Shown here piece after piece: positions 39,700-47,916 of a DNA stretch of 64,000 nucleotides. The stretch lies in assembly GCA_023440965.1 (NCBI GenBank), contig JAEZRC010000002.1, positions 70,302-134,301 on the forward strand, written 5' to 3'. Source of the DNA: Bacillota bacterium (lineage in GTDB: Bacteria > Bacillota > Clostridia > Oscillospirales > Ruminococcaceae). The first letter of the stretch is position 1, and each line of letters starts with the position of its first letter. The notes beneath the pieces are model-generated. The model ran no database searches and was not told the DNA's origin. It saw nothing but the letters and a program-made list of their open reading frames with translations. Made by a program: the position numbers and the translations under genes.

Positions 39700-40698
39700 A
39701 TGGCTAAGTTTGAAGGACAAGATAGAAGAATGCCTAAAATCGAGGCTTGCCTTGCTGAATATGGCTTTAAGAATATTGATGAAACAGCAGAATTCTGTTT
39801 ATCAAAGGGCGTCAATGTTGAAGAAATCGTAAAAGGTGTTCAGCCAATCGCTTTTGAAAATGCAGTTTGGGCTTATACACTTGGTACAGCAGTTGCTCTT
39901 AATAAGGGAATAACAAAAGCTGCTGAAGCTGCTGAAGCTATCGGTATCGGACTACAGGCTTTCTGTATTCCTGGTTCTGTTGCTGAACAGCGTGAAGTTG
40001 GTCTTGGTCACGGTAACCTTGGCGCAATGCTTCTTAGAGAAGAAACAGATTGTTTCTGTTTCCTCGCTGGACATGAATCATTTGCTGCAGCTGAAGGTGC
40101 TATCGGTATCGCAAGAACAGCTAACAAAGCAAGAAAATCTCCTTTGAGAGTTATTCTTAACGGTCTTGGAAAAGACGCTGCAATGGTTATTTCAAGAATC
40201 AACGGCTTCACATATGTTCAGACTGAATATGACTTTAAGACAGGCGATCTTAAGATCGTTAAAGAAAAGGCTTATTCTGATGGCGATAAGGCTAAGGTTC
40301 GTTGCTATGGTGCAAACGACGTTCTTGAAGGCGTTGCAATTATGAAGTTTGAAAAAGCTGACGTTTCTATCACAGGTAACTCAACAAACCCAACTCGTTT
40401 CCAGCACCTTGTTGCAGGAACATATAAGAAATGGGCTATGGAAAACGGCAAGAAGTACTTCTCTGTTGCTTCAGGCGGAGGAACAGGTAGAACACTTCAC
40501 CCAGATAACGTTGCTGCTGGTCCTGCTTCATATGGACTTACAGACTCAATGGGAAGAATGCACGGTGATGCTCAGTTCGCTGGTTCTTCATCAGTTCCTG
40601 CTCACGTAGAAATGATGGGACTCATCGGCATGGGTAACAACCCAATGGTTGGTGCTACTGTTGCATGTGCTGTTGCTGTTGAAGTTGCTTCAAAGTAA
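39700..40698 (+). CDS. GGGtGRT-motif protein (uncharacterised conserved family)
   Basis: 332 aa containing the eponymous SGGGTGRTLHP motif. GGGAGG SD in the 15-nt gap after the previous gene. Confidence 0.75.
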   Translation: MAKFEGQDRRMPKIEACLAEYGFKNIDETAEFCLSKGVNVEEIVKGVQPIAFENAVWAYTLGTAVALNKGITKAAEAAEAIGIGLQAFCIPGSVAEQREVGLGHGNLGAMLLREETDCFCFLAGHESFAAAEGAIGIARTANKARKSPLRVILNGLGKDAAMVISRINGFTYVQTEYDFKTGDLKIVKEKAYSDGDKAKVRCYGANDVLEGVAIMKFEKADVSITGNSTNPTRFQHLVAGTYKKWAMENGKKYFSVASGGGTGRTLHPDNVAAGPASYGLTDSMGRMHGDAQFAGSSSVPAHVEMMGLIGMGNNPMVGATVACAVAVEVASK

Positions 40699-40715
40699 TA
40701 ATTTTAATAATAGTA

Positions 40716-40747
40716 AAAGCTACCTCGTTTTGAGGTAGCTTTTTGTT
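40716..40747 (+). terminator. intrinsic terminator of the GGGtGRT operon
   Basis: AGCTACCTC-gtttt-GAGGTAGCT followed by TTTTGTT. Confidence 0.85.
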
Positions 40748-40774
40748 GACATATTAGCAGGACATTTGTATAAT
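40746..40774 (+). promoter_or_regulatory. consensus sigma-A promoter
   Basis: TTGACA-N17-TATAAT, an exact consensus. Confidence 0.75.
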
Positions 40775-40804
40775 AAAGGAAATTATAATAAGTGAGGACA
40801 ATAT

Positions 40805-41526
40805 ATGGAGAAGATTTGCATTAATAATTTAGGTGTCGGAGCTTTGCAGATTAAAATTGGGGGCAGGCGCATTTTAGTTGATGCATTCAATAGTTTGATA
40901 AATCCAGTTGATGTGTTGCCTAAAGATGTTATAGTATTCTCTCACGATGATGCAGATCATTTCAGCCCTGAAAAGTTACCTGATTTAATTGGAAAAGATG
41001 TTGTAATAGTCGGACCGCCAACAATACTAAAACCTATTTTATTACTTAAAAAAGCTGAAATTGAACAGATTGAAGTCTTGTATACAAATGAATTTGATGT
41101 TTCTGCGGTAGCTAACATTGATACTATAAAAATAACGTGCTTTGCAACACAGCATTTTAATTGTTGGAGTCCATTACATAATAGTTATATGATTGAAGTA
41201 TCAGGAAAACGTATATATATATTACTGGTGACAGCACTATTTCTGAGCAACTGTCAGAAAAAATCGGAAAAGTTAATGCAATAGTATGCAATCTTGTTGA
41301 TGAAGGATTCTTACGTGGACAAGAAGAAGCGAAGGTTGCAAACCAGCATATTCTCAGCTACTTATTAAAAGTAAGGGCACTTATGAAGAATGCTAAAGTT
41401 ATCGGCGTCCATCTTTTAGGGGCAGATTTCACCGTTGATGCAGATGATATTAATATTCTTGTTGTAGCACTTGGATATGATGATATTATTATTCCAATAA
41501 GCACTCAGCAACAAATAATTATATAA
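40805..41526 (+). pseudogene. MBL-fold hydrolase-like gene interrupted by a frameshift in a (TA)n tract
   Basis: Frame 1 (40805-41284) reads ...SHDDADHF...EVSGKRIYI and then nonsense. From 41221 the shifted frame reads ITGDSTISEQL...VIGVHLLGADF... to a stop at 41524-41526. Removing one TA unit fuses the two parts. Confidence 0.7.
41212..41222. repeat. (TA)5 dinucleotide tract at the frameshift site
   Basis: TATATATATAT inside the MBL-like gene. Confidence 0.9.
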
Positions 41527-41541
41527 AGAAAACAAATTAAT

Positions 41542-41572
41542 AGCTACCTTAATAAAGAGGTAGCTTTCTATT
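41542..41572 (+). terminator. intrinsic terminator, near-duplicate of the one at 40716-40747
   Basis: AGCTACCT-taataaag-AGGTAGCT followed by TTCTATTTT. Same 8-bp stem sequence as the upstream terminator. Confidence 0.75.
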
Positions 41573-41801
41573 TTAATTAATTTAGTAATCAATAACTAAC
41601 TTATTAATTTTTTATGACTTTTAACAAACAATAAATATTATAATTCCTGCTTTTTGTTAAAAAACCATAAAAAAAGATGATAAAGTTTATACAATATTTT
41701 GACTATTATTTATAAATATTTAATATACAAAAAGTGTTTTTAATGCTATAATAAAGCTACAATAAAATAACTACAATTTTTCATATAAAGGAAGTGTGAC
41801 T

Positions 41802-42140
41802 ATGGGACTATTCGCAAGTAAACCAAAATTACAACCTATTGATACTAATACGTCTTATACAAATAATATTACTGGCTGTCTTGAAATGTACAAAAATCCA
41901 GCAATAAAAGACAGGCAAGTATTTCTTAAAGCAACAACTGATCCTAAATTTGTTAACATTCATGTTTCAGGAGTTAATGATGTAGCTGGTGTTATAACTC
42001 GTGATGAAACTAATGTTGTCACAAATATCGGTCTTTACATTGGGCGAGGCTTATTGAATGCTTTTACACCTGATTCAACTTCTGTTGTAACAAGATATGT
42101 TGGGAAAGCACTCGATATTATTCCTCCTGCATTTAAATAA
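41802..42140 (+). CDS. hypothetical small protein
   Basis: 112 aa from ATG with AAGGAAG SD (the ORF-track start 41796 is a GTG). N-terminus MGLFASKPK. No motif recognised. Confidence 0.5.
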   Translation: MGLFASKPKLQPIDTNTSYTNNITGCLEMYKNPAIKDRQVFLKATTDPKFVNIHVSGVNDVAGVITRDETNVVTNIGLYIGRGLLNAFTPDSTSVVTRYVGKALDIIPPAFK

Positions 42141-42150
42141 CAGTTATTTA

Positions 42151-42177
42151 AAGCAAGCCAACAGGCTTGCTTTTTTT
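42151..42177 (+). terminator. intrinsic terminator
   Basis: AAGCAAGCC-aaca-GGCTTGCTT followed by a T-run. Confidence 0.85.
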
Positions 42178-42267
42178 ATAAAATTTTCCATACTAATTTT
42201 TTCTGAATGAGTATTTTAAGCCCGAATTGAAATAATAATATTATTACTTAAAGAGGATGGGTTTAAA

Positions 42268-42795
42268 ATGCTTAAGGCTATTGGTTCAAAATATGATATT
42301 TTGCACGATGAAGAAACAAAAGAATTCTATGAATTTATAAAAGATCTTCTTATTGATGAATATGTATTGGAAATGCAAAATTTTGTTCATCATTACAGTA
42401 CAACCTGTTATCAGCATTGTATTAATGTATCATATTATAATTATTTGCTTTGCAGAAAATTAGGGCTTAATACTAGGGAAGGCGCCCGTGGGGGAATGCT
42501 TCATGATTTGTTTTTGTATAACTGGCGAAATATAAAAAGACAAAAAGGCGAGCCATATCATGCCTTCAGGCATGGAAGAGCTGCATTATTCAATGCAAAA
42601 AAACGTTTTGTTTTAAGCAAGCACGAGGAAAATATGATTATAAGTCATATGTTCCCACTATCATATGATATGCCAAAATACAGGGAAAGTTTTGTAATTA
42701 CTCTGGTTGATAAATACTGTGCCGTTTTAGAAGTTTCAAATTATATCTATCAAAAATTACTAGGCAGAATACTAGAGTATTCCCATAATACGTAA
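42268..42795 (+). CDS. HD-domain phosphohydrolase
   Basis: 175 aa. H...HD (HCINVS...GMLHDLF) metal-binding signature. Confidence 0.8.
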   Translation: MLKAIGSKYDILHDEETKEFYEFIKDLLIDEYVLEMQNFVHHYSTTCYQHCINVSYYNYLLCRKLGLNTREGARGGMLHDLFLYNWRNIKRQKGEPYHAFRHGRAALFNAKKRFVLSKHEENMIISHMFPLSYDMPKYRESFVITLVDKYCAVLEVSNYIYQKLLGRILEYSHNT

Positions 42796-42830
42796 GAACA
42801 TTTATAATTATTAAAATAGATGTTTATATA

Positions 42831-42863
42831 AAATAAGAGGTGGATATTCCACCTCTTATTTTA
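42831..42863. terminator. bidirectional intrinsic terminator
   Basis: AAAATAAGAGGTGGA-tat-TCCACCTCTTATTTT. Confidence 0.85.
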
Positions 42864-43043
42864 TTAAAGATGATTTTCGTCTACCCAACGTCGTGCAAAG
42901 CCTGCATTCATTTCACTTACATTATATACAGCACCAGTTTCAGTAGTCATGTTATCAGTAATAATATTTGTTGCACCAATAGGAATTACATTTGTCGGCT
43001 TTATAACCTTTCCTTTGTTAACGTGATATACTTTTTTAGCCAT
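42864..43043 (-). CDS. small hypothetical protein (59 aa)
   Basis: AAGGAG lies 6 nt upstream of MAKKVYHVNKGK. The SD overlaps the stop of the upstream ORF, which suggests translational coupling. Confidence 0.55.
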   Translation of the reverse strand: MAKKVYHVNKGKVIKPTNVIPIGATNIITDNMTTETGAVYNVSEMNAGFARRWVDENHL

Positions 43044-43053
43044 AATATTCTCC

Positions 43054-43434
43054 TTATAGATAACTTTTAAGGTTATCAATATATTGCTGTTCACATTTTA
43101 GTATTTCCTTTGCGTGTGAAATAATACCAGCATCATCAGTTTTAATGTCATTTAGCTTTTTATTGATATCAATAATACCCATATTACTGCCCTTTATAAC
43201 CATTTCGGCAATATGACTTGCTGAGTTATTCATCGAGGTATGCATAATTACAGAAGCATCTGCTGATATCTTGCCGATGGGATTTATATCCTTTGGTTTT
43301 GCATCAAGTTCAGTAAATTTCTTTTTAATCTGTTCACTTTGCTGTTTGTAATTATTAAGTTGTGCTTCAAGTTCACTTTTAAGCTTTGTATTTTCTGTTT
43401 TAGGTATGACTGTAGAAAGAGCAGTAATGCCCAT
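43054..43434 (-). CDS. hypothetical helical protein, start codon uncertain
   Basis: 126 aa from the first ATG, which has no SD. The frame stays open 23 codons further upstream to an AGAGGGG SD, but contains only ATT/ACG there. Confidence 0.45.
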   Translation of the reverse strand: MGITALSTVIPKTENTKLKSELEAQLNNYKQQSEQIKKKFTELDAKPKDINPIGKISADASVIMHTSMNNSASHIAEMVIKGSNMGIIDINKKLNDIKTDDAGIISHAKEILKCEQQYIDNLKSYL

Positions 43435-43709
43435 TGAAGCGTTTTGAAAAAGCTTGTTAAGTAATTCAAATTCTGAATTTTTCGTAGTAATCCCCTCTTT
43501 ATTTTAGAATTATATATATTATCTTCAAAAATAAGAAAATTATTATTTAACTTGATAATTTTTCTCATTGTGTTACAATATATATAGAAAATATAATTGA
43601 GGGTTAATATGGTAGATAAAAGGTTAACTCAATTGCCATAATTAATATCTTAATTTAACGTTATTTTACTTTATGAGTTGAAAAATTATAAATCTTAACA
43701 GGTGATTTT

Positions 43710-45050
43710 ATGACATTATTAAAAAGAATATTTATATCTATATTTTTTATTTTTGCTACAAATTTATGTCTTATTATGGACATGACGGATATATCGTGGT
43801 ATCTGACAACTATCATTGTTCTAATGACTGTTGTTGGATTTATTATGATAAGTATCTTCCCGACATTAAAAAAATGTTCAACAACAAGACTCAGAATACT
43901 ATCAGGTGGATATGAGCTTTTGCTTTTATTTATCATTACATTCACAGTAGATATAGCAATTTTAATAACAGCAGGAATATTGTTTGTGCCTAATAAACTT
44001 GGAATAATTGGATTTAGCATTCATATTCTGTTTGTTCTTTTTATGAATCTTATATTAGTACTTAACGGAACATTAAGAGCGATTGCCACATCAATTCAGC
44101 TTGGTATTAAGTGGCGTTTGCTTATAATACTGTTATGGTGGCTGCCGATCTTCAATATATATCTCATTATAAAAGTTTGCAGACTTATTCGAAGTGAATG
44201 TGAGATTGAAGAAGAAAAATTCTGGCTTAATAATACCCGTGCGGAAAATGAAGTGTGCAAGACAAAGTATCCATTATTGTTGGTCCATGGCGTATTCTTC
44301 AGGGATTCACGATTTTTTAATTACTGGGGTAGAATTCCAAAGGAACTTATCCGTAATGGTGCAACAGTCTTTTATGGCGAACAGCAGTCCGCTGCTTGTG
44401 TTGAGGATAGTGGAAAAGAACTTGCAGAAAAAATTAAGAAAATTGTTGCTGATACTGGATGTGAAAAGGTTAATATTATTGCTCACTCAAAGGGCGGGCT
44501 TGATTCAAGATATGCAATAAGCTGTCTTGGAATGGATCAATATGTTGCAAGCCTTACAACAATCAACACTCCTCACAGAGGATGTGCTTTTGCAGAATAT
44601 TTGCTTGAAAAAGCACCTAAAAAGTTGAGAAACTTTCTTGCAAACAGATATAATTCAACTCTTAAGAAATTCGGTGATGATAATCCTGACTTCCTCGGTG
44701 CTGTAAATTCTCTTACAGTAAAAGGCTGTAAAGAGCTTAATGAAATTGCAGAAGATAAAGAGGGAGTCTTTTATCAGAGTGTCTGCTCAAAAATGCTAAA
44801 ACGCACTAGCGGAAAATTCCCTTTAAATATATCGTATGGACTTGTAAAAAGGTTTGATGGTGATAATGACGGACTTGTTTCTATAGAATCAGCAAAATGG
44901 GGTTCTGAATGTAAGATCCTTGATGTAAAGGGAAATAGAGGGCTGTCGCACGCTGATATAATCGATCTTAACCGTGAAAATATAAAAGGCTTTGATATCA
45001 GAGAATTATATGTTGGCATTGTAAAAGAATTAAAGTATAAGAATTTCTAA
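43710..45050 (+). CDS. membrane-anchored alpha/beta-hydrolase, triacylglycerol lipase/esterase family
   Basis: About 5 N-terminal TM helices, then LLVHG oxyanion region and an AHSKGG nucleophile elbow. Confidence 0.8.
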   Translation: MTLLKRIFISIFFIFATNLCLIMDMTDISWYLTTIIVLMTVVGFIMISIFPTLKKCSTTRLRILSGGYELLLLFIITFTVDIAILITAGILFVPNKLGIIGFSIHILFVLFMNLILVLNGTLRAIATSIQLGIKWRLLIILLWWLPIFNIYLIIKVCRLIRSECEIEEEKFWLNNTRAENEVCKTKYPLLLVHGVFFRDSRFFNYWGRIPKELIRNGATVFYGEQQSAACVEDSGKELAEKIKKIVADTGCEKVNIIAHSKGGLDSRYAISCLGMDQYVASLTTINTPHRGCAFAEYLLEKAPKKLRNFLANRYNSTLKKFGDDNPDFLGAVNSLTVKGCKELNEIAEDKEGVFYQSVCSKMLKRTSGKFPLNISYGLVKRFDGDNDGLVSIESAKWGSECKILDVKGNRGLSHADIIDLNRENIKGFDIRELYVGIVKELKYKNF

Positions 45051-45071
45051 AGATATTTAATGGAGATTATA

Positions 45072-45830
45072 ATGAAAAAAGAATTAAAGAGATTGGCATT
45101 GCTTTGTAGTGCTCTTGTTGTATGCTCAATAGTATTCAGCGCCTGTGGAAAAAAAGAAGAAAGCTCAAATACAAAAAATGAAAGCACGGCTTCAGCTTCA
45201 ATAGCAGATTCATCTTCTCAGGTATCTTCAGTTGAGGAATCTTCATCCTTACCTGAGCTTATTGATGACGGAAAGCATATTACAAAAATCGGCCTGTATC
45301 TCCCCGACGACAAGACCTACATAAGAAAGTATATCCCGTCATTTCAGAGTAACTGGATAAAGGGGAAAGACATTGCCTGTTTTGAAACATACTATTCAAA
45401 TGATCCTGAACTTCCGCCAACGCAGGCTGTTAAGCTATGGCAATCTTTCCTTGATAAGTATGTTGATTCAGCCGAGTACAAAATGGGTTATTATATGACA
45501 TTTACCCTTAAAAGCGGTGAACAGCATTCTATAAGGATTCTTAAGCCAGATGATACAATGGTTTATAGACCATATATCGAAACCTATCTTTATGATGATT
45601 ATCACCAAACTCCCGGTCATTTTTATAGTCATCTTCTTCCGAGCCAGATGAATGATAATACAATGACCTCATCAATAAAGTTGACAGTAGGACAAAAGGG
45701 TGACGAGGTTGATAATATCCAGCTTACAGTTTTTGCATACAAGAGTAACGCCGATTTTGATTCGTCAAACAAATATATAGGTAGGATAAGCAACACTATT
45801 AATATTACAAGAAAATTAAATAAAGCCTGA
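45072..45830 (+). CDS. lipoprotein, function unknown
   Basis: Lipobox FSAC, Ser-rich linker. GGAG SD before MKKELK. Confidence 0.6.
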   Translation: MKKELKRLALLCSALVVCSIVFSACGKKEESSNTKNESTASASIADSSSQVSSVEESSSLPELIDDGKHITKIGLYLPDDKTYIRKYIPSFQSNWIKGKDIACFETYYSNDPELPPTQAVKLWQSFLDKYVDSAEYKMGYYMTFTLKSGEQHSIRILKPDDTMVYRPYIETYLYDDYHQTPGHFYSHLLPSQMNDNTMTSSIKLTVGQKGDEVDNIQLTVFAYKSNADFDSSNKYIGRISNTINITRKLNKA

Positions 45831-45855
45831 TGAAATTCATCAGGCTTATTTTTAT
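45823..45855. terminator. bidirectional terminator hairpin overlapping a stop codon
   Basis: AAGCCTGATGAA/TTCATCAGGCTT followed by ATTTTTAT. Confidence 0.75.
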
Positions 45856-45856
45856 A

Positions 45857-46750
45857 TCAGTCAAAAAAGCTCAACTGCGTATCTCCGTATCCAAGCTTGT
45901 ATGCGCGAATAATTTCAGGCATTTTATATATTAATCCATACTTGTCACATTCAGTTCTGAATATCTGACTTAAACGCCTTGCGTTTAGGCTCCCACAGCT
46001 ATAATTGTTGCCATAGTTTTTAATATATTTTTCTTTAGCTCCGGGGAATTTCTTGTCCAGCTGTTCATAAAAATATTTACGCTGGTTATCCCTTAAAGTT
46101 ACACCAAGTGCTGAGTATATGAACTTTGCGCCATTCTCGTGGGCAAGTCGCACAATATTTATTATATTTTCTTCTGTGTCGTTAATGAACGGGAGAACAG
46201 GCATAAGAAGAATTCCTGTGAATAATCCTGCGTCTGATAATTGCTTTATTGCAGCAAATCTTTCTGATGAAGGGCAAACATTCGGTTCTATTATTTTAGA
46301 TAGCTTGTCATCTGCGCAAGTAATAGTCAGCTTGCAAAGAACAGGTGAATGCTCCTTTATTTCTGACAGTATATCAATATCCCTTGTAATAAGACTGCTT
46401 TTTGTAGCAATAGCGACACCAAATTCAAAAGCATTAATCAGCTCAAGTGCGTGACGCGTGAGTAAAAGTTCCTTTTCAAAAGGGTTATAAGGATCACTCA
46501 TTGCTCCTGTTCCGACAACCCCCGTCTTGACTTTTCGTTTTAAGTCATTTCGTATAATTTCAAGCGCATTTTCCTTTGCCTTTACCCTGTCAAAGTTTTC
46601 AACACGATAGCAATCGCTTCTGCTGTCACAATAAATGCATCCATGACAACATCCCTTGTAAATATTCATATTGTAGTTTGTTCCGAACCAATTTGAATTA
46701 GTAGCATATGAAGATACAATTGTTTTGGCAGGGATGTAGTCAACTTGCAT
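45857..46750 (-). CDS. SPL-family radical SAM protein (COG1533 'DNA repair photolyase' paralogue)
   Basis: 297 aa. NIYKGCCHGCIYCDSR cluster motif near the N-terminus. Size and layout of the SplB-like family, but clearly distinct from the true splB at 1137. Confidence 0.8.
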   Translation of the reverse strand: MQVDYIPAKTIVSSYATNSNWFGTNYNMNIYKGCCHGCIYCDSRSDCYRVENFDRVKAKENALEIIRNDLKRKVKTGVVGTGAMSDPYNPFEKELLLTRHALELINAFEFGVAIATKSSLITRDIDILSEIKEHSPVLCKLTITCADDKLSKIIEPNVCPSSERFAAIKQLSDAGLFTGILLMPVLPFINDTEENIINIVRLAHENGAKFIYSALGVTLRDNQRKYFYEQLDKKFPGAKEKYIKNYGNNYSCGSLNARRLSQIFRTECDKYGLIYKMPEIIRAYKLGYGDTQLSFFD

Positions 46751-46752
46751 TT

Positions 46753-47394
46753 TTATTTTCTCCTTACTGGGAAACGTAATACTGTTTTACAGTTTTGTAC
46801 CTTAGTCTTTCTTGGGTCTGAAAGATAAATCTCGTGATGTTTTCGCTCATCTGAAAAGTCAAGTTCAAGTCCGTTGCTTTCAATAAACTCATAGATTTTT
46901 TTTATGGTAGCAGGCTCATCATCATATGCGCCTATGTGCATACACTGAACACATAAGCCTTCATTGAATTCAACAAACTTTGCCTTTGAAATATCAATTT
47001 CAGGCTTTTTCCGTCTGATGATTTCACAAACCTGGCTAAATATGTTTTCATCAACAAATTCTGGCTGACGTATCATTGAAATCCATTTTAATTTATCTTT
47101 GTCGATGATATTGTTATCAGGTTTCTCAGGTAGTGTCCATAAGCCTTCAAGTGGCGGAACTACATAGCTGAAATAATCTGGAATTACAAAGTCAGACTTT
47201 GGTGACATTTTTATAGTGAAGGAAACTGAATAAAGTATCTGAACGGCTTTTTGATATTCGCCGTTAGGAATATTCGGGTTGCCTTGCCCCTGCACCTGAA
47301 CAAACTTCATTGTTGGAACTTCAATAAGCTGCGGCGTTGTCTTGGGTAAGTATAAGTCCTTGTATTCTTTTTTGTAATCAAAACTGTCAGCCAT
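46753..47394 (-). CDS. GyrI-like small-molecule-binding domain protein
   Basis: 213 aa. The N-terminus ...YKDLYLPKTTPQLIEVPTMKFVQVQGQGNPN is typical of this family. Sits 2 nt upstream of the radical SAM gene. Confidence 0.7.
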   Translation of the reverse strand: MADSFDYKKEYKDLYLPKTTPQLIEVPTMKFVQVQGQGNPNIPNGEYQKAVQILYSVSFTIKMSPKSDFVIPDYFSYVVPPLEGLWTLPEKPDNNIIDKDKLKWISMIRQPEFVDENIFSQVCEIIRRKKPEIDISKAKFVEFNEGLCVQCMHIGAYDDEPATIKKIYEFIESNGLELDFSDERKHHEIYLSDPRKTKVQNCKTVLRFPVRRK

Positions 47395-47405
47395 AATAAT
47401 TCTCC

Positions 47406-47846
47406 TTATTTTAAAGCAACATAAATATTAATGTGAGCATTTTCCATTTCGCAATCCAAATATTCTTCAAAATCAGCGGTGAAAGCTCTGTCAAGATCCA
47501 TTGACCAGATTTTAGTCCAAGCATCATTTACTGCTGTAACAACATGACCGCAAATGCTGAATTTAGCATATTTTCCTGCTGGTATCGATTTTGTGATGAG
47601 TTCTGGATTTTCTGCCTTTGAAACTTCCATGCCAACATTACAATCATAGTCTGTTTCAGTATAGTTTGAGTAAATTCCATAAGACAGCTCGCTCTTTTTA
47701 TTTTTAATTGTGTCACAAAGCTTTTCATTCATAAGCTTGTTCCAGAGTCCGCCGATTTTTTCCATTCCGTGTGGGTCATTAACTCCTGATCTTGCAAAAA
47801 GACCTACTACTGTTTTTTCTTCAATTGTTACGATTTCATAATTCAT
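47406..47846 (-). CDS. GyrI-like / AraC-effector-binding (Cass2-type) domain protein
   Basis: 146 aa. MNYEIVTIEEKTVVGL... single GyrI-like domain. AAGGAGG SD. Confidence 0.7.
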   Translation of the reverse strand: MNYEIVTIEEKTVVGLFARSGVNDPHGMEKIGGLWNKLMNEKLCDTIKNKKSELSYGIYSNYTETDYDCNVGMEVSKAENPELITKSIPAGKYAKFSICGHVVTAVNDAWTKIWSMDLDRAFTADFEEYLDCEMENAHINIYVALK

Positions 47847-47890
47847 ATTGAATTACCTCCTTTATGTTTGTAATTCAATAATAAACCTAT

Positions 47891-47916
47891 TAATATGACA
47901 TCTATATGTCATATTA
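47891..47916. promoter_or_regulatory. palindromic operator copy 1: TAATATGAC-N8-GTCATATTA
   Basis: Perfect 9-bp arms. Overlaps the stop codon of the WYL regulator gene and lies 45 nt upstream of the first GyrI-like gene. Confidence 0.7.

Noticed and set aside
3025-42140. Shared MGLF(S/A)K N-termini of the hypothetical proteins at 3025-3672 and 41802-42140
   Set aside because: Only five or six residues are shared and the rest of the proteins are unrelated. This is probably coincidental (an amphipathic N-terminus like PspA/Vipp1 at best).
43284-43568. 94-aa minus-strand ORF (MRKIIKLNNNF...) overlapping the 43054-43434 gene
   Set aside because: It has a Lys/Asn/Leu-rich low-complexity translation typical of AT-rich DNA and overlaps a better-supported frame.
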